A DNA stretch of 64,000 bases from NCBI GenBank assembly GCA_963693365.1, contig CAVNZM010000003.1, forward strand, positions 6,331,448 through 6,395,447. Reading direction: 5' to 3'. The notes under the pieces were generated by a model. It searched no databases, was not told the origin of the DNA, and was given only the letters and a program-made list of their open reading frames with translations. Below, piece after piece: positions 1 to 11,900 of the stretch. This DNA comes from Amoebidium appalachense. Lineage: Eukaryota; Protista; Ichthyosporea. Numbering within the stretch: the first letter of the stretch is position 1; the number at the start of each line of letters is the position of its first letter. A program made the position numbers and the translations under genes.

Positions 1-821
1 CTTGCTGATCTGCTAAAAACTGTCGTGCTTATATACCTAAGCCTACCGATCTGAGCCAATCAAAAATCGATCTAGTGATATGTGAAATCTGATCCGAGCC
101 AATCATAACTCGGTCTAGTGATCTGTGGTATCTGATGTTTTGACTGGCTAATAGGTGCCCGTGTGCGGGCAGCCAACCGCTAACTGCTAAAACACGAAAT
201 GAAGCCTACATGGTTATGTTGGTACCGAACACCCATCCTACGTGTTTACCCAGAAAAATATTTATGTCAATAATTTCCACAAATAAAACCTCTATGAAAA
301 CTACTCCGGGACGTGTTTTGCCTCTAGGGGGACATCCCCTTGGACGAAAGTGAACCTGCAATGGTTGTAAACCACGGCACGAGAGCAGTATGCTTGCTCC
401 AAAGGTTTCACTTAAGAATAGAGGCGAATACACGTGTGGTGGTGGCAGCAATGGAGGCCGGACGAAGTCGGGTATAGATGAATATATAGCTGTAAGGCTG
501 TGGATGCTAAACACAGAAGATGTGTTTGTAGCTTGCTGATCTGCTAAAAACTGTCGTGCTTATATACCTAAGCCTACCGATCTGAGCCAATCAAAAATCG
601 ATCTAGTGATATGTGAAATCTGATCCGAGCCAATCATAACTCGGTCTAGTGATCTGTGGTATCTGATGTTTTGACTGGCTAATAGGTGCCCGTGTGCGGG
701 CAGCCAACCGCTAACTGCTAAAACACGAAATGAAGCCTACATGGTTATGTTGATACCGAACACCCATCCTACGTGTTTACCCAGAAAAATATTTATGTCA
801 ATAATTTCCACAAATAAAACC
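1..821 (-). mobile_element. Miniature, internally deleted Ngaro-type YR retrotransposon (continues past left edge)
   Basis: Repeat A at 1-290 and 480-821, repeat B (88 bp, tctatgaaaac...accacggc) at 291-378, and only the last ~72 nt of the YR ORF at 408-479. The same repeats flank the longer copy at 16884-20106. Confidence 0.85.
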
Positions 822-1180
822 GAAACGGAAAAAAAAATTAAAGTGTGTACTTTTCCGGGGGGGGGGGGGGGGGGGGGGAAGAAGGGGGGGGGGGAAGGGG
901 GGGGGGGAAGGGGGGGGGGAAGGGGGGGGGGGGGGAGGGGGGAAGGGGGGGGGGAGGGGGGGAAACCGGGGCAAAAACAACGAATATGTATAACGTGTAT
1001 AGTCGGGGTTTGATTAACTGGGTTTTAAACCAGTGAAAGATAGAGTAGAGTCATGGTACAGGTCAAACCTTATATAAAAACCCTAAGTGGGCATACCCAC
1101 AAAGGCAATATACATCTGAAATAATGATTATGATAAAGTAAGTAGTAAACATTAGAAAATCACTCTTGAAGTAGGACGGG

Positions 1181-4100
1181 TCAATCCACAATATCCGGTA
1201 AACAAAGTCGAGCACGATGGGTGACATGACTCGGGCCGGGGAGGGGTTTGGTGAGGATGTCAGCTAAGTTGTGGGCTGACTCAACGTAGTGGACAATCAC
1301 ATCCCCACTTGCAATGTAGTCCTTGGTGTTGTGATACCGGACGGCAATGTGTTTGGTACGGTGCTTGATGCCGGTGGAGTTGACGATGGCAATGGTCGAC
1401 TGGTTGTCACAGTACACCGGAGTCGGAGCAAGCATGGGGCAGCCGAGTTCCTTGAAGAGGTCACGGACCCAAGCAACTTCTTGGGTGCCAGCATTGAGAG
1501 CAATCAGCTCAGCTTCAGTGGTGCTGGTGGCCGTTATGGGCTGGAGCTTGGAGTACCAGATGATGGGCATACCAGCAAACTCGATGATGTAGCCGGTGGT
1601 AGACTTCTTGCTGTCGGCACAACCAGCAAAGTCAGCATCCGTGTAGCATTCGAGTATGGGGGGCTGGGTGGCCGAGTACTTGTAGTCAATGCCAAGGTCA
1701 ATGGTGCCGAGCAGGTACCGGGCCACACGACGGAGAAGGTCCCAGTGAGTCTTGCCGGGGTTGGTGCTGAACCGACCAAGGAAGCCGATGGCATAGGCAA
1801 TGTCGGGACGTGTGCACCGGGCCACCCAGAGGAGACGGCCGAGTAACTCACGGTAGGGCACGGTGAACGGTTGGGGGGGGCAGTCAGCCAGGGAGACGGT
1901 GGTGCCTGCAGGGATGGGGGTAGACTTGGACTTGGCATCGGTGAGGTTGAAGTCGTGGATGATATCCATGATGTAAGACCTCTGGTGCATGTGGAGGTGA
2001 TGGGGATCAGAGTGATTAAAATCAACACCGAGCATACGGTCAAATGGACTCATACGACAGCTGGCCATCTTGCTGATGTGGGCAGCCAGGTCACTGGCAG
2101 CAGTAGAACCCCGGGTGTTGGTGATGGTGGAGTCGTCGACGTAGTTACCAGCCCGAACCACATCGTTGTTGGGGAAGAACCGGAGGTAGATGCACGGGTC
2201 TGTCTTAGTACGGGTCAGGCCATGGGCAAGAAGAATGCCGTCGAGGAAGTCGTACCAAGCCTTGGAGGCCTGCTTGAGGCCGTACAGGGGTTTCTTGAGT
2301 CTCCAGACCTTGCCAAGTGTGGCCATGGTGATGAATCCCGGGGGTTGTTTCATGTAGATGGTCTCGGTGAGTGGGCTGTTGAGAAAGGCCGTAGACACGT
2401 CGAGTTGATGGATGTCATGACCTTCAACAACGGCCAGAGCTAGGATAGCACGGAGAGCAGCCGGACGGATGACAGGGCTCTCAATCAACTCATAGTCAAC
2501 ACCGTATTGCTGACTGAAGCCTTGAGCAACACCACGGGCCTTGATCTTGGTGTCACCAGCCGAGTTGAGAGTTTTCTCGGAGACAACTTGAATCCACTTG
2601 AAGCCGACGATGTTAGCACCAGGGGGAGGGTCAACAAGTTCAAAGATGTCTTTGTCAACGAAGGCTTGATACTCAGCAGTGAGGGCTGACTTGACCTGGT
2701 CACCATTGGGGCCGGAACACAGTTGACGGACAAGTTTGGGTAGTTGGTCGATGTTGATGGGGGGACCGGGGGGGACTGGCAGGGTGGTGGTGGCTTGAAG
2801 TTCAACCTTGCCCTGTAGACGGGCAGAACGAAGGGGTGCAGGAACCGGGGGAGGTGGAGACGGGGGGGGGGGAACTTGGAAGTTCGGAATTGCAGGGGGG
2901 GGCAACCTCCGGGCTGGACGGGGCCGAGTGGAAGTTGTCGGGGGAGCCGGGTCGGATGGGTGTGACGTTGCCAGGGGCAGGATGAGGGCCGGCAGGCTGG
3001 ATGGGCACGGGGGCAGGGGGGCCGGTGGTGGGGGGGTGTCGGGGGGAACGACGATGGCAGGAGGGGGGCCAGAGTACACCAGACAAACATCATCTTCAGT
3101 GTCAACTGTGGGGGGTGGGGTGGTCGAGGTAGCAGTAGTGTCGGGGGTCGGAAGTGTTGAGGGAATGTCGGACGGGAGATAAGCTGATTCGTCGAAAATC
3201 ACATCACAGAAGAGGCCGACACGATGGGTGGTGGGGTTGAAGATCCGGTGGCAGTGTGATTGAAGATCATAGCCGATATACATGCCGAGTTTGACGGTGG
3301 GGGCCAGCTTGGTCCGTTTAGAGGCTGGCACATGAGTGTAGGCAGGGCAACCGAACACTTTGAGCTCGGAGATGTCGGGCTTGACACCGTAGAAAACCTC
3401 GAATGGTGTACGACCATTGGCAGTCGTGGACGGGGTGACGTTGATGATGTAGGCGGCATGTTGGAGGGCCTCAGCCCACAGTTTGGGGGACAGAGACTGA
3501 TCTTGGACTTGATGGAGGTGGCAACGAACAATCTCTTGTAGGAACCGCATACGACGTTCAACGTAGCCGTTCAGTTGAGGGCAGTCCACCGGAGCATAGC
3601 TGGCCTTGATGCCCTGGGAGAGGCAAAAAGCACGGGTAGCCTTGGAGGTGAACTCAGAGCCGGAGTCGAAGTGGTAGACACCAACTTTGGAGGGGGCATG
3701 GGTAGCAACGAGGTTGGTGTGAGCTGTGAGAATGTCCAGGGTGGTTGTACGGTCGGCCATCGGGTAGATCTTGACGAGTCCAGAGGCACGGCAGACAGTG
3801 ACGAGAGCAACCTTGGAACCTCCGTACGATGTTGTGGTAGGCTCAAAAAAATCCCAATGCCATTCATGACCGGGGATGTTGGAGTGAGGACGGTCACCCT
3901 TGAACGGAGCCTTGGTGGTTTTACCCATAATGCAGCCATGACTATCAGGAACATCACAGTCGAGGACAGACGAGGGGAGACCAATAACAAGGTCGTGTTT
4001 CACCATGTCCTTGATGCTGGTCATAGCACGGTGCCCCAGACGATGGTGCCAGATGGATGGGTTAACACTGGTAGTGGCAGCCAGAGCCACAGGACGAGTG

Positions 4101-5596
4101 GGTGGTTGAATTGTGTAGTCCTTGAAGTAATACAGACCGTTGTGGAGACGGAGGTTGACGAGATGACGGCCGGTGAGTCGGTCGAAGAGGAATGACGGAG
4201 TGGAGGCATCATTCAAATCACCCTTGATGTATTCGGCAGCAGCTTGGGATGTTGAAATGAGGAAGGCTTGGCCAGACGGGGTGTAGTAGGCTTCAATGGT
4301 AAGGGTGGCAGTGCCATGGTCGGTGGTGGTGTTGATGACAATATGGCCGGTGTGGGTGGCCAAGACGGGGGTGCCATTGAAGGCAGCAACGGGAGTCGGT
4401 GTCGGAAGGGGAGTGAGGTCATGGAAGAACTCACGGGTGGGGCAGACAGTCATGTTACACCCGGAATCCCAGGCAGGGTCGGAGGACACGGGGACGGAGC
4501 TAGCATTGTATGCCGAGAAAGCAAAGGAGACAGATTTCTCACTGCCTTAACGGGAACGGTTGTGTCTGGACATACGGCATTTCGGCTCAGGGCAATCGAT
4601 GATCGTGTGATCAGGCTCGTGGCAGTAGGAGCATGCTTTCACGGACGGGGTGTTAGAACGAGCCAGGGAATCAGAACGACGGGAACCCGAGAAACGGGAA
4701 CGACTGGGGGAACGAGACGTGGACCGGAAGGCAGGCCGGTGGGGGGAACGGGATCGGGTGTGCTGACGGGAGAGACGAGTTCGGAGGTCCGTGCCAGGGG
4801 TACGGTCAAGTCGGTTGCGTAAGTCACGGCAAGGAAGATCACGGGGGGGAGCACTGGCATTTAATGCCATGCTGGACTTGGAGGCACGGTGGGCACGGTT
4901 GCTCCGGAGTTGCATCTTGAGGTCTTGACGTAACTCGATGCCCTTGACGTGGTTGTGGAGGGACTCGAAGTCGGGGAATAGCTTATCACCGAAGTGATAG
5001 TCTTCGATAAGACGGTTGAACTCAGGGGTGAGGTCGTCTCTGGTGGTGAGTTCATTGAAGAACTTCTCAGCTAGACGAGTGAAGTGAATGGACTCATCTT
5101 GGAGGGACTGGAGCTGGTTCACGATGGTCTGCAGACGACTCAGGTAGGTGGTGAATGATTCACCGGGCTGAAGGGCACAGGCATCCCACTGACGGTGAAG
5201 GATGCGGATCTGATCGGGTTTGCCTTGGAGGTAGTGTTGACGGAATTTCCACATGGCCCGTTCAGGGTCCATGCCAATACGGTACTGGGCAACGGTGGTG
5301 AGGACGGAAGGGTCGATGTTCTGTATCATATGGAGCAGGAGGCAATTGCGGGCCTCCTTGAGTTCCGCGGTAGTACTGTAGCCGTAGAAGGGGGGTTCAC
5401 CGTCAACCGCGACGGTGGTAGGGGGGACGTAGTTGTCAGCAAGTACAACATCCACGAGTCGGACACCTTTAGTGCCGGTCATCATGCCGAGAAAAATGAT
5501 TTCCCATTGAAAATAGGTGGTTTTGCTATCGGGACCAGTCTTCCCTTCACCTTTCCACATGGTTATTTTGTTTACACCAGTTTTGTTTGGATCCAT
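1181..5596 (-). pseudogene. Copia gag-pol polyprotein with one premature stop at 4547-4549
   Basis: Starts MDPNK. CCHC knuckle CSYCHEPDHTIIDC, protease WDSGC, WHHRLGH, integrase WHWD/FDSGSEF/NGYVERR, RT QLDVSTAFL/LYGLKQA/YVDD, RNase H YTDADFAG/TEAEL/CDNQS/ADILTK. TAA here corresponds to CAA in copy 2. Confidence 0.93.
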
Positions 5597-5632
5597 GATT
5601 GAAAAACGATCGCTAGTTCTAGATGTGTGTAG

Positions 5633-5658
5633 GGAGCGTGCAAAAGGGCTGCATAACC
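5633..5658 (-). promoter_or_regulatory. Primer-binding site complementary to the 5' half of initiator tRNA-Met
   Basis: Minus strand reads LTR end TTTAACA then GGTTATGCAGCCC, resembling the copia/Ty5 PBS GGTTATG(G/A)GCCC. Identical at 14302-14327. Confidence 0.75.
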
Positions 5659-6583
5659 TGTTAAATTGTATAAGTATTTGGGATGTAAGCAGAGACACAG
5701 TGGTGCAGTGTGAAAACACCACAGACACACACAACAACAAAACACGGAACGATCGGAGCAGTGTACACAACAGACATCAATGTGTAGACACGACTGAACT
5801 GAATTTATTCTGATCTTCGAATAAATACCTGAAATTCCTCTAAGTCCAATCCATACATGATTTCCGACCAGTGGGAAATCAGATCTATCTCTAATAGAAA
5901 CCAATCACTAAGAACCAATTGCTTTCAGAGAGATCCGGTACGCGGAGACGTACACGATAGGACACAGACACTAGTTAAGGTCAACTCGTGTCATCATCAA
6001 GGAAGTTCTAACCTATGACATACTGCAAAGACTCAGACATATCACACTTAACCTTGATGATTGGTTAAAGCCCGGCAACACATGAAAACTAAAGTAAATT
6101 AATGAAGTCTAAACACACATGCTATTCTAAGTGTAGCCTAAGTGTGTTACCGTCCAATGAACACGTATTAAGTAACACAAATCTACCTAACATATATTAG
6201 TAGAAAAGAAATACGATTATACACATGAAGACAAGGAGAGAAAGAAAAGAAAATAAGGAAGGAGAAAGAGGAAGGAAAAGAGAGCACAGATCAACAAACA
6301 AGATAGTAATAGCATAACTATAACCAGAGATATTTATGTACACACGAACATGTACACGTCTCTCCCTGAGTGGGTGGATCCGTGTACACACATATAAATA
6401 TTCTAATCGATATTACAACACACGATTAAAGCCGATACAACACGATTACAAGTATACAAGCATATCGGAGATCGATGCTACACTTTACATAATAGGAGTG
6501 TGGCATTTACACTAAGCATATGAACTGAAACATAACACAAACTGAGAAGATCTTACCATATGTAAATACTACGTATTACAACA
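5659..6583 (-). repeat. Copia 5' LTR, 925 bp (TGTT...AACA)
   Basis: Near-identical copies at 11725-12649 and 14328-15252; ends are defined by the PBS, the PPT at 8494 and the TSD around the solo copy. Confidence 0.93.
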
Positions 6584-8252
6584 TTAAGTGGCACTCCGGT
6601 GAATAAGGATGCATCCACTTGTGATGGGGGTAACCCGGAGTTAGTATTGCCGTTTGGTATGAAGGAGGGGGATTGGACGGTAGAACAGAAAAAATTGCTA
6701 GCTAAGTTATTTGATAGGACTCGGTTTGCATTTCTGGCCGATGATAACGAAGTAGGCTTCGTTAAAGGGTTTGAAATGCAGATCGACACAGGTGATAATA
6801 GGCCGGTAGTGATGCCTAGCTATAGAATGGAGCAGTATAAGTTGTCGGATGCGCTAATAATAGTGAGTGATATGTTAAAAAAGGGTCATGTGGAGCATAG
6901 TTCGAGTCCGTGGAGAAGTCCGGTGCTATTGGTTAAGAAGCCCGACGGGTCTTGGCGTCTAGTGAACGATTACAGGGCTCTGAATCGGATCACTAAGGCA
7001 GACCAATGGCCTCTCCCTAACATAGACGAGCAGCTTTCACAGCTGCACGGCTATACTCACTTTGCTAAACTTGATTTAAAAGCAGCTTTTTGGCAGATAA
7101 GGTTGGAGGAGAGCAGCAAGGAGAAGACTGCCTTTGCACTGGGTGACCAGCTGTTCCAGTACAAGGTGGTGCCGATGGGTTTGCTCTCCTCTCCAGCTAT
7201 GTTGTGCCGGGTAATGTATAAAATTCTCCACCCTCATTTGGATGTATGCCACCCTTATTTGGATGATGTTTTAATTAAAGGTAGGTCATTTGAGGAGTTA
7301 GTTAATAATTGTGAAAAAGTATTTTTAGCTTTGGGTGAGTCTGGTCTTCGTATTAGCGGTTGCAAGACTGTGATTGGTGTGCCGGAGGTTAAGTTTTTAG
7401 GTCATATTGTGTCTAGTAATGATCTTTCCCCTGATCCGGAGAAAATCCGGGCCATAGTTGAGTGGCCCCGTCCTCAGACTGTCACTCAACTAAGGCAATT
7501 TTTAGGTTTAACTAATTATCTTCGTCGTTATATTAAGGATTATAGTATGCTTGCTTTGCCGTTAACTAGTCAGACGGGGGGGGAGAAGAAGAATAGAATA
7601 GATTGGAATGTTGATGCTGTTTCTGCTTTCGAAAAACTTAAGTTAGCTTTGCAGTCTTCGAGTATGCTTGTTCATCCTGATTTTTTGGCCGGGGGGCGGA
7701 TGTTTAAAGTTCGGTGTGATCCAAGTAAGGTTGCTGAGGGGGCCGTGTTATATCAAGTGCAGGAGGGGCAGGATAGAGTGATTGCTTATGCTAGTCGTTC
7801 ATTTAGTAAAAGTGAACGTAGATATAGCAATCCGGAGAGAGAGTCCCATGCTATCTTTTGGGCAGTCTCACAGGCATGGAGGTATATACTCGCAGGCAGG
7901 ACGTTTGAGGTCTACACCGACCACAAGCCCTGCCTAGCCATGGCCGGCACCACTCGCCTGGTCAACGAGAGGATGCAGAAGTGGGCCGCGGCTCTCGCTC
8001 TGGCCCGTACACAGCAGGCACAGACACGTGCAGACGTGTCCACACGTCCGTTACGTGAATTTGCCGAGGGTACTTTAGTTTTAATTAGGGATCATACTAG
8101 GAAAAAGAGATATAAGCAGGAGCAGGAAGGTAAGGGTGAAGGTGAAGGTCTTCGTAAGTATGGTAAGAAATGGTTGCCTCTTTTCATTGGCCCGTATAAA
8201 ATAGTGGCTAGGTTAGGTCCGACGGAATATAAGGTGCAGAGGTTAGATAATG
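6584..8252 (+). mobile_element. Ty3/gypsy pol fragment: RT and RNase H fused to the integrase C-terminus (GPY/F motif)
   Basis: ORF 6599-8272: SPWRSPVLLVKKPDGSWRLVNDYRALN, LDLKAAFWQI, PMGL, YLDD, FLGH, RNase H CDPS/ERE/YTDHKP, then LPLFIGPYKIV. No HHCC or DDE core. Both ends abut copia LTR sequence. Confidence 0.93.
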
Positions 8253-8493
8253 ATGTACACGTCTCTCCCTGAGTGGGTGGATCCGTGTACACACATATAA
8301 AGGTTCTAATCGATATTACAACACACGATTAAGGCCGATACAACACGATTACAAGTATACAAGCATATCGGAGATCGATGCTACACTTTACATAATAGCC
8401 GGGAGTGTGGCATTTACACTAAGCATATGAACTGAAACATAACACAAACTGAGATCTTACCATATGTAATAGTCAATACTACGTATTACAACA
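8253..8493 (-). repeat. Truncated 3' LTR of copia copy 2
   Basis: Matches LTR segment 6350-6583 with several indels; directly adjacent to the purine tract AAGTGGGGA on the minus strand. Confidence 0.9.
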
Positions 8494-8923
8494 TCCCCAC
8501 TTAAAGACTTTGAAGTTTGTGTTATCATATCCCCACTGAACTAGTGAAATCTCCCCACTTGAGAACAGAAACGAAAAAAAAACATTAAAGTGTGTACTTT
8601 TCCGGGGGGGGGGGGGGGGGGGGAAGGGGGGGGAAGGGGGGGGAGGGGGGGGGGGGAAGGGGGGGGGGGGGAGGGGGGGGGAGGGGGGGGGGGGGGGAAT
8701 TCGAAGAACCGGGGCAAAAACAACGAATATGTATAACGTTTATAGTCGGGGTTTGATTAACTGGGTTTTAAACCAGTGAAAGATAGAGTAGAGTCGCGGT
8801 ACAGGTCAAACCTTATATAAAAACCCTAAGTGGGCATACCCACAAAGGCAATATACATATGAAATAATGATTATGGTAAAGTAAGTAGTAAACATTAGAA
8901 AACCACTCTTGAAGCAGGACGGG

Positions 8924-11900
8924 TCAATCGACGATATCCGGCACACAAAGTCGGGCACGATGGGTGACATGACTCGGGCCGGGGAGGGGTTTGGTGAGGA
9001 TGTCGGCCAAGTTGTTGGCTGACTCGACGTAGTGGACTACCACATCCCCACTTGCAATGTAGTCCTTGGTGTTGTGATACCGGACGGCAATGTGTTTAGT
9101 ACGGTGCTTGATGCCGGTGGAGTTGACGATGGCAATGGTCGACTGGTTGTCACAGTACACCGGAGTCGGAGCAAGCATGGGGCAGCCGAGTTCCTTGAAG
9201 AGGTCACGGACCCAAGCAACTTCCTGGGTGCCAGCATTGAGAGCAATCAGCTCAGCTTCGGTGGTGCTGGTGGCCGTGATGGGCTGGAGCTTGGAGTACC
9301 AGATGATGGGCATACCAGCAAACTCGATGATGTAGCCGGTGGTAGACTTCTTGCTGTCGGCACAACCAGCAAAGTCAGCATCCGTGTAGCATTCGAGTAT
9401 GGGGGGCTGGGTGGCCGAGTACTTGTAGTCAATGCCAAGGTCAATGGTGCCGAGCAGGTACCGGGCCACACGACGGAGAAGGTCCCAGTGAGTCTTCCCG
9501 GGGTTGGTGCTGAACCGACCAAGGAAGCCGATGGCATAGGCAATGTCGGGACGTGTGCACCGGGCCACCCAGAGGAGACGGCCGAGTAACTCACGGTAGG
9601 GCACGGTGAACGGTTGGTGGGGGCAGTCAGCCAGGGAGACGGTGGTGCCTGCAGGGATGGGGGTAGACTTGGACTTGGCATCGGTGAGGTTGAAGTCGTG
9701 GATGATATCCATGATGTAAGACCTCTGGTGCATGTGGAGGTGATGGGGATCAGAGTAATTAAAATCAACACCGAGCATACGGTCAAATGGACTCATACGA
9801 CAACTGGCCATCTTGCTGATGTGGGCAGCCAGGTCACTGGCAGCAGTAGAACCCCGGGTGTTGGTGATGGTGGAGTCGTCGACGTAGTTACCAGCCCGAA
9901 CCACATCGTTGTTGGGGAATTCGGAACCGGAGGTAGATGCACGGGTCAGTCTTAGTACGGGTCAGGCCATGGGCAAGAAGAATGCCGTCGAGGAAGTCGT
10001 ACCAAGCCTTGGAGGCTTGCTTGAGGCCATACAGGGCTTTCTTGAGTCTCCAGACCTTGCCAAGTGTGGCCATGGTGATGAATCCCGGGGGTTGTTTCAT
10101 GTAGATGGTCTCCGTGAGTGGGCTGTTGAAAAAGGCCGTAGACACGTCGAGTTGATGGATGTCATGACCTTCAACAACGGCCAGAGCTAGGATAGCACGG
10201 AGAGCAGCCGGACGGATGACAGGGCTCTCAATCAACTCATAGTCAACACCGTATTGCTGACTGAAGCCTTGAGCAACACCACGGGCCTTGATCTTGGTGT
10301 CACCAGCCGAGTTGACAGTTTTCTCGGAGACAATCCACTTGAAGCCGACGATGTTAGCACCAGGGGAAGGTTCAACAAGTTCAAAGATGTCTTTGTCGAC
10401 GAAGGCTTGAGACTCAGCAGTGAGGGCTGACTGGACCTGTTCACCATTGGGTCCGGAACACAGTTGACGGACAAGTTTGGGTAGTTGGTCGATGTTGATG
10501 GGGGGACCGGGGGGAACTGGCAGGGTGGTGGTGGCTTGAAGTCCAACCTTGCCCTGTAGACGGGCAGAACGACGGGGTGCAGGAACCGGGGGAGGTGGGG
10601 ACGGGGGGGGGGGGAACTTGGAAGTTCGGAATTGCAGGGGGGGCAACCTCCGGGCTTGACGGGGCCGAGTGGAAGTTGTCGGGGGAGCCGGGTCGGATGG
10701 GGGTGACGTTGCCAGGGGCAGGATGAAGGTCGGCAGGCTGGACGGGCACGGGGGCAGGGGGGCCGGAGGGGGGGGTGTCGGGGGAACGACGATGGCAGGG
10801 GGGGGGCCAGAGTACACCAGACAAACATCATCGTCAGTGTCAACTGTGGGGGGTGGGGTGGTCGAGGTGGCAGGGGTGTCGGGGGTCGGAAGTGTTGATG
10901 GGATGTCGGACGGGAGATAAGCTGATTCGTCGAAAATCACATCACGGAAGAGGCCAACACGATGGGTGTTGGGGTTGAAGATACGGTGGCAGTGTGATTG
11001 AAGATCATAGCCGATATACATGCCGAGTTTGACGGTGGGGGCCAGCTTGTTCCGTTTAGAGGCTGGCACATGAGTGTAGGCAGGGCAACCGAACACTTTG
11101 AGCTCGGAGATGTCGGGCTTGACACCGTAGAAAACCTCGAATGGTGTACGACTAGGCAGCCGTGGACGGGGTGACGTTGATGATGTAGGCAGCATGTTGG
11201 AGGGCCTCAGCCCACAGTTTGGGGGACAGAGCCTGATCTTGGAGTTGATGGAGGAGGCAACGAACAATCTCTTGGAGGAACCACATACGACGTTCAACAT
11301 AGCCGTTCAGTTGAGGGCAGTCCACCGGAGCATAGCTGGCCTTGATGCCCTGGGAGAGGCAAAAAGCACGGGTAGCCTGGGAGGTGAACTCAGAGCCGGA
11401 GTCGAAGTGGTAGACACCAACTTTGGAGGGGGCATGGGTAGCAACGAGGTTGGTGTGAGCTGTGAGAATGTCCAGGGTGGTTGTACGGTCGGCCATCGGG
11501 TAGATCTTGACGAGTCCAGAGGCACGGCAGACAGTGACGAGAGCAACCTTGGAACCTCCGTACGATGTTGTGGTAGGCTCAAAAAAATCCCAATGCCATT
11601 CATGACCGGGGATGTTGGAGTGAGGACGGTCACCCTTGAACGGAGCCTTGGTGGTTTTACCCATAATGCAGCCATGACAATCAGGAACATCACAGTCGAG
11701 GACAGACGAGGGGAGACCAATAACTGTTAAATTGTATAAGTATTTGGGATGAAAGCAGAGACACAGTGGTGCAGTGTAAAAACACCACAGACACACACAA
11801 CAACAAAGCACGGAACGATCGGAGCAGTGTACACAACAGACATCAATGTTTAGACACGACTGAACTGAATTTATTCTGATCTTCGAATAAATACCTGAAA

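Larger units (their letters stand above)
822..6583 (-). mobile_element. Ty1/copia LTR retrotransposon copy 1 (5' LTR plus internal region; 3' end cut off by the Ngaro element)
   Basis: LTR 5659-6583, PBS next to it, gag-PR-IN-RT-RH domain order, and a 3' UTR matching copy 2 (about 8568-8923). Confidence 0.95.

Noticed and set aside
291-378. Self-cleaving ribozyme in Ngaro repeat B or the copia LTR
   Set aside because: I could not find a CUGANGA...GAAA core with proper stems by eye; an Infernal search would be needed to exclude other classes.
1289-5602. Long plus-strand ORFs opposite the copia gag-pol (also in copy 2)
   Set aside because: Antisense shadows of a GC3-rich coding frame with no recognisable motifs.
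5633-5658. tRNA gene
   Set aside because: Only a short tRNA-like stretch with no cloverleaf; explained as a primer-binding site.
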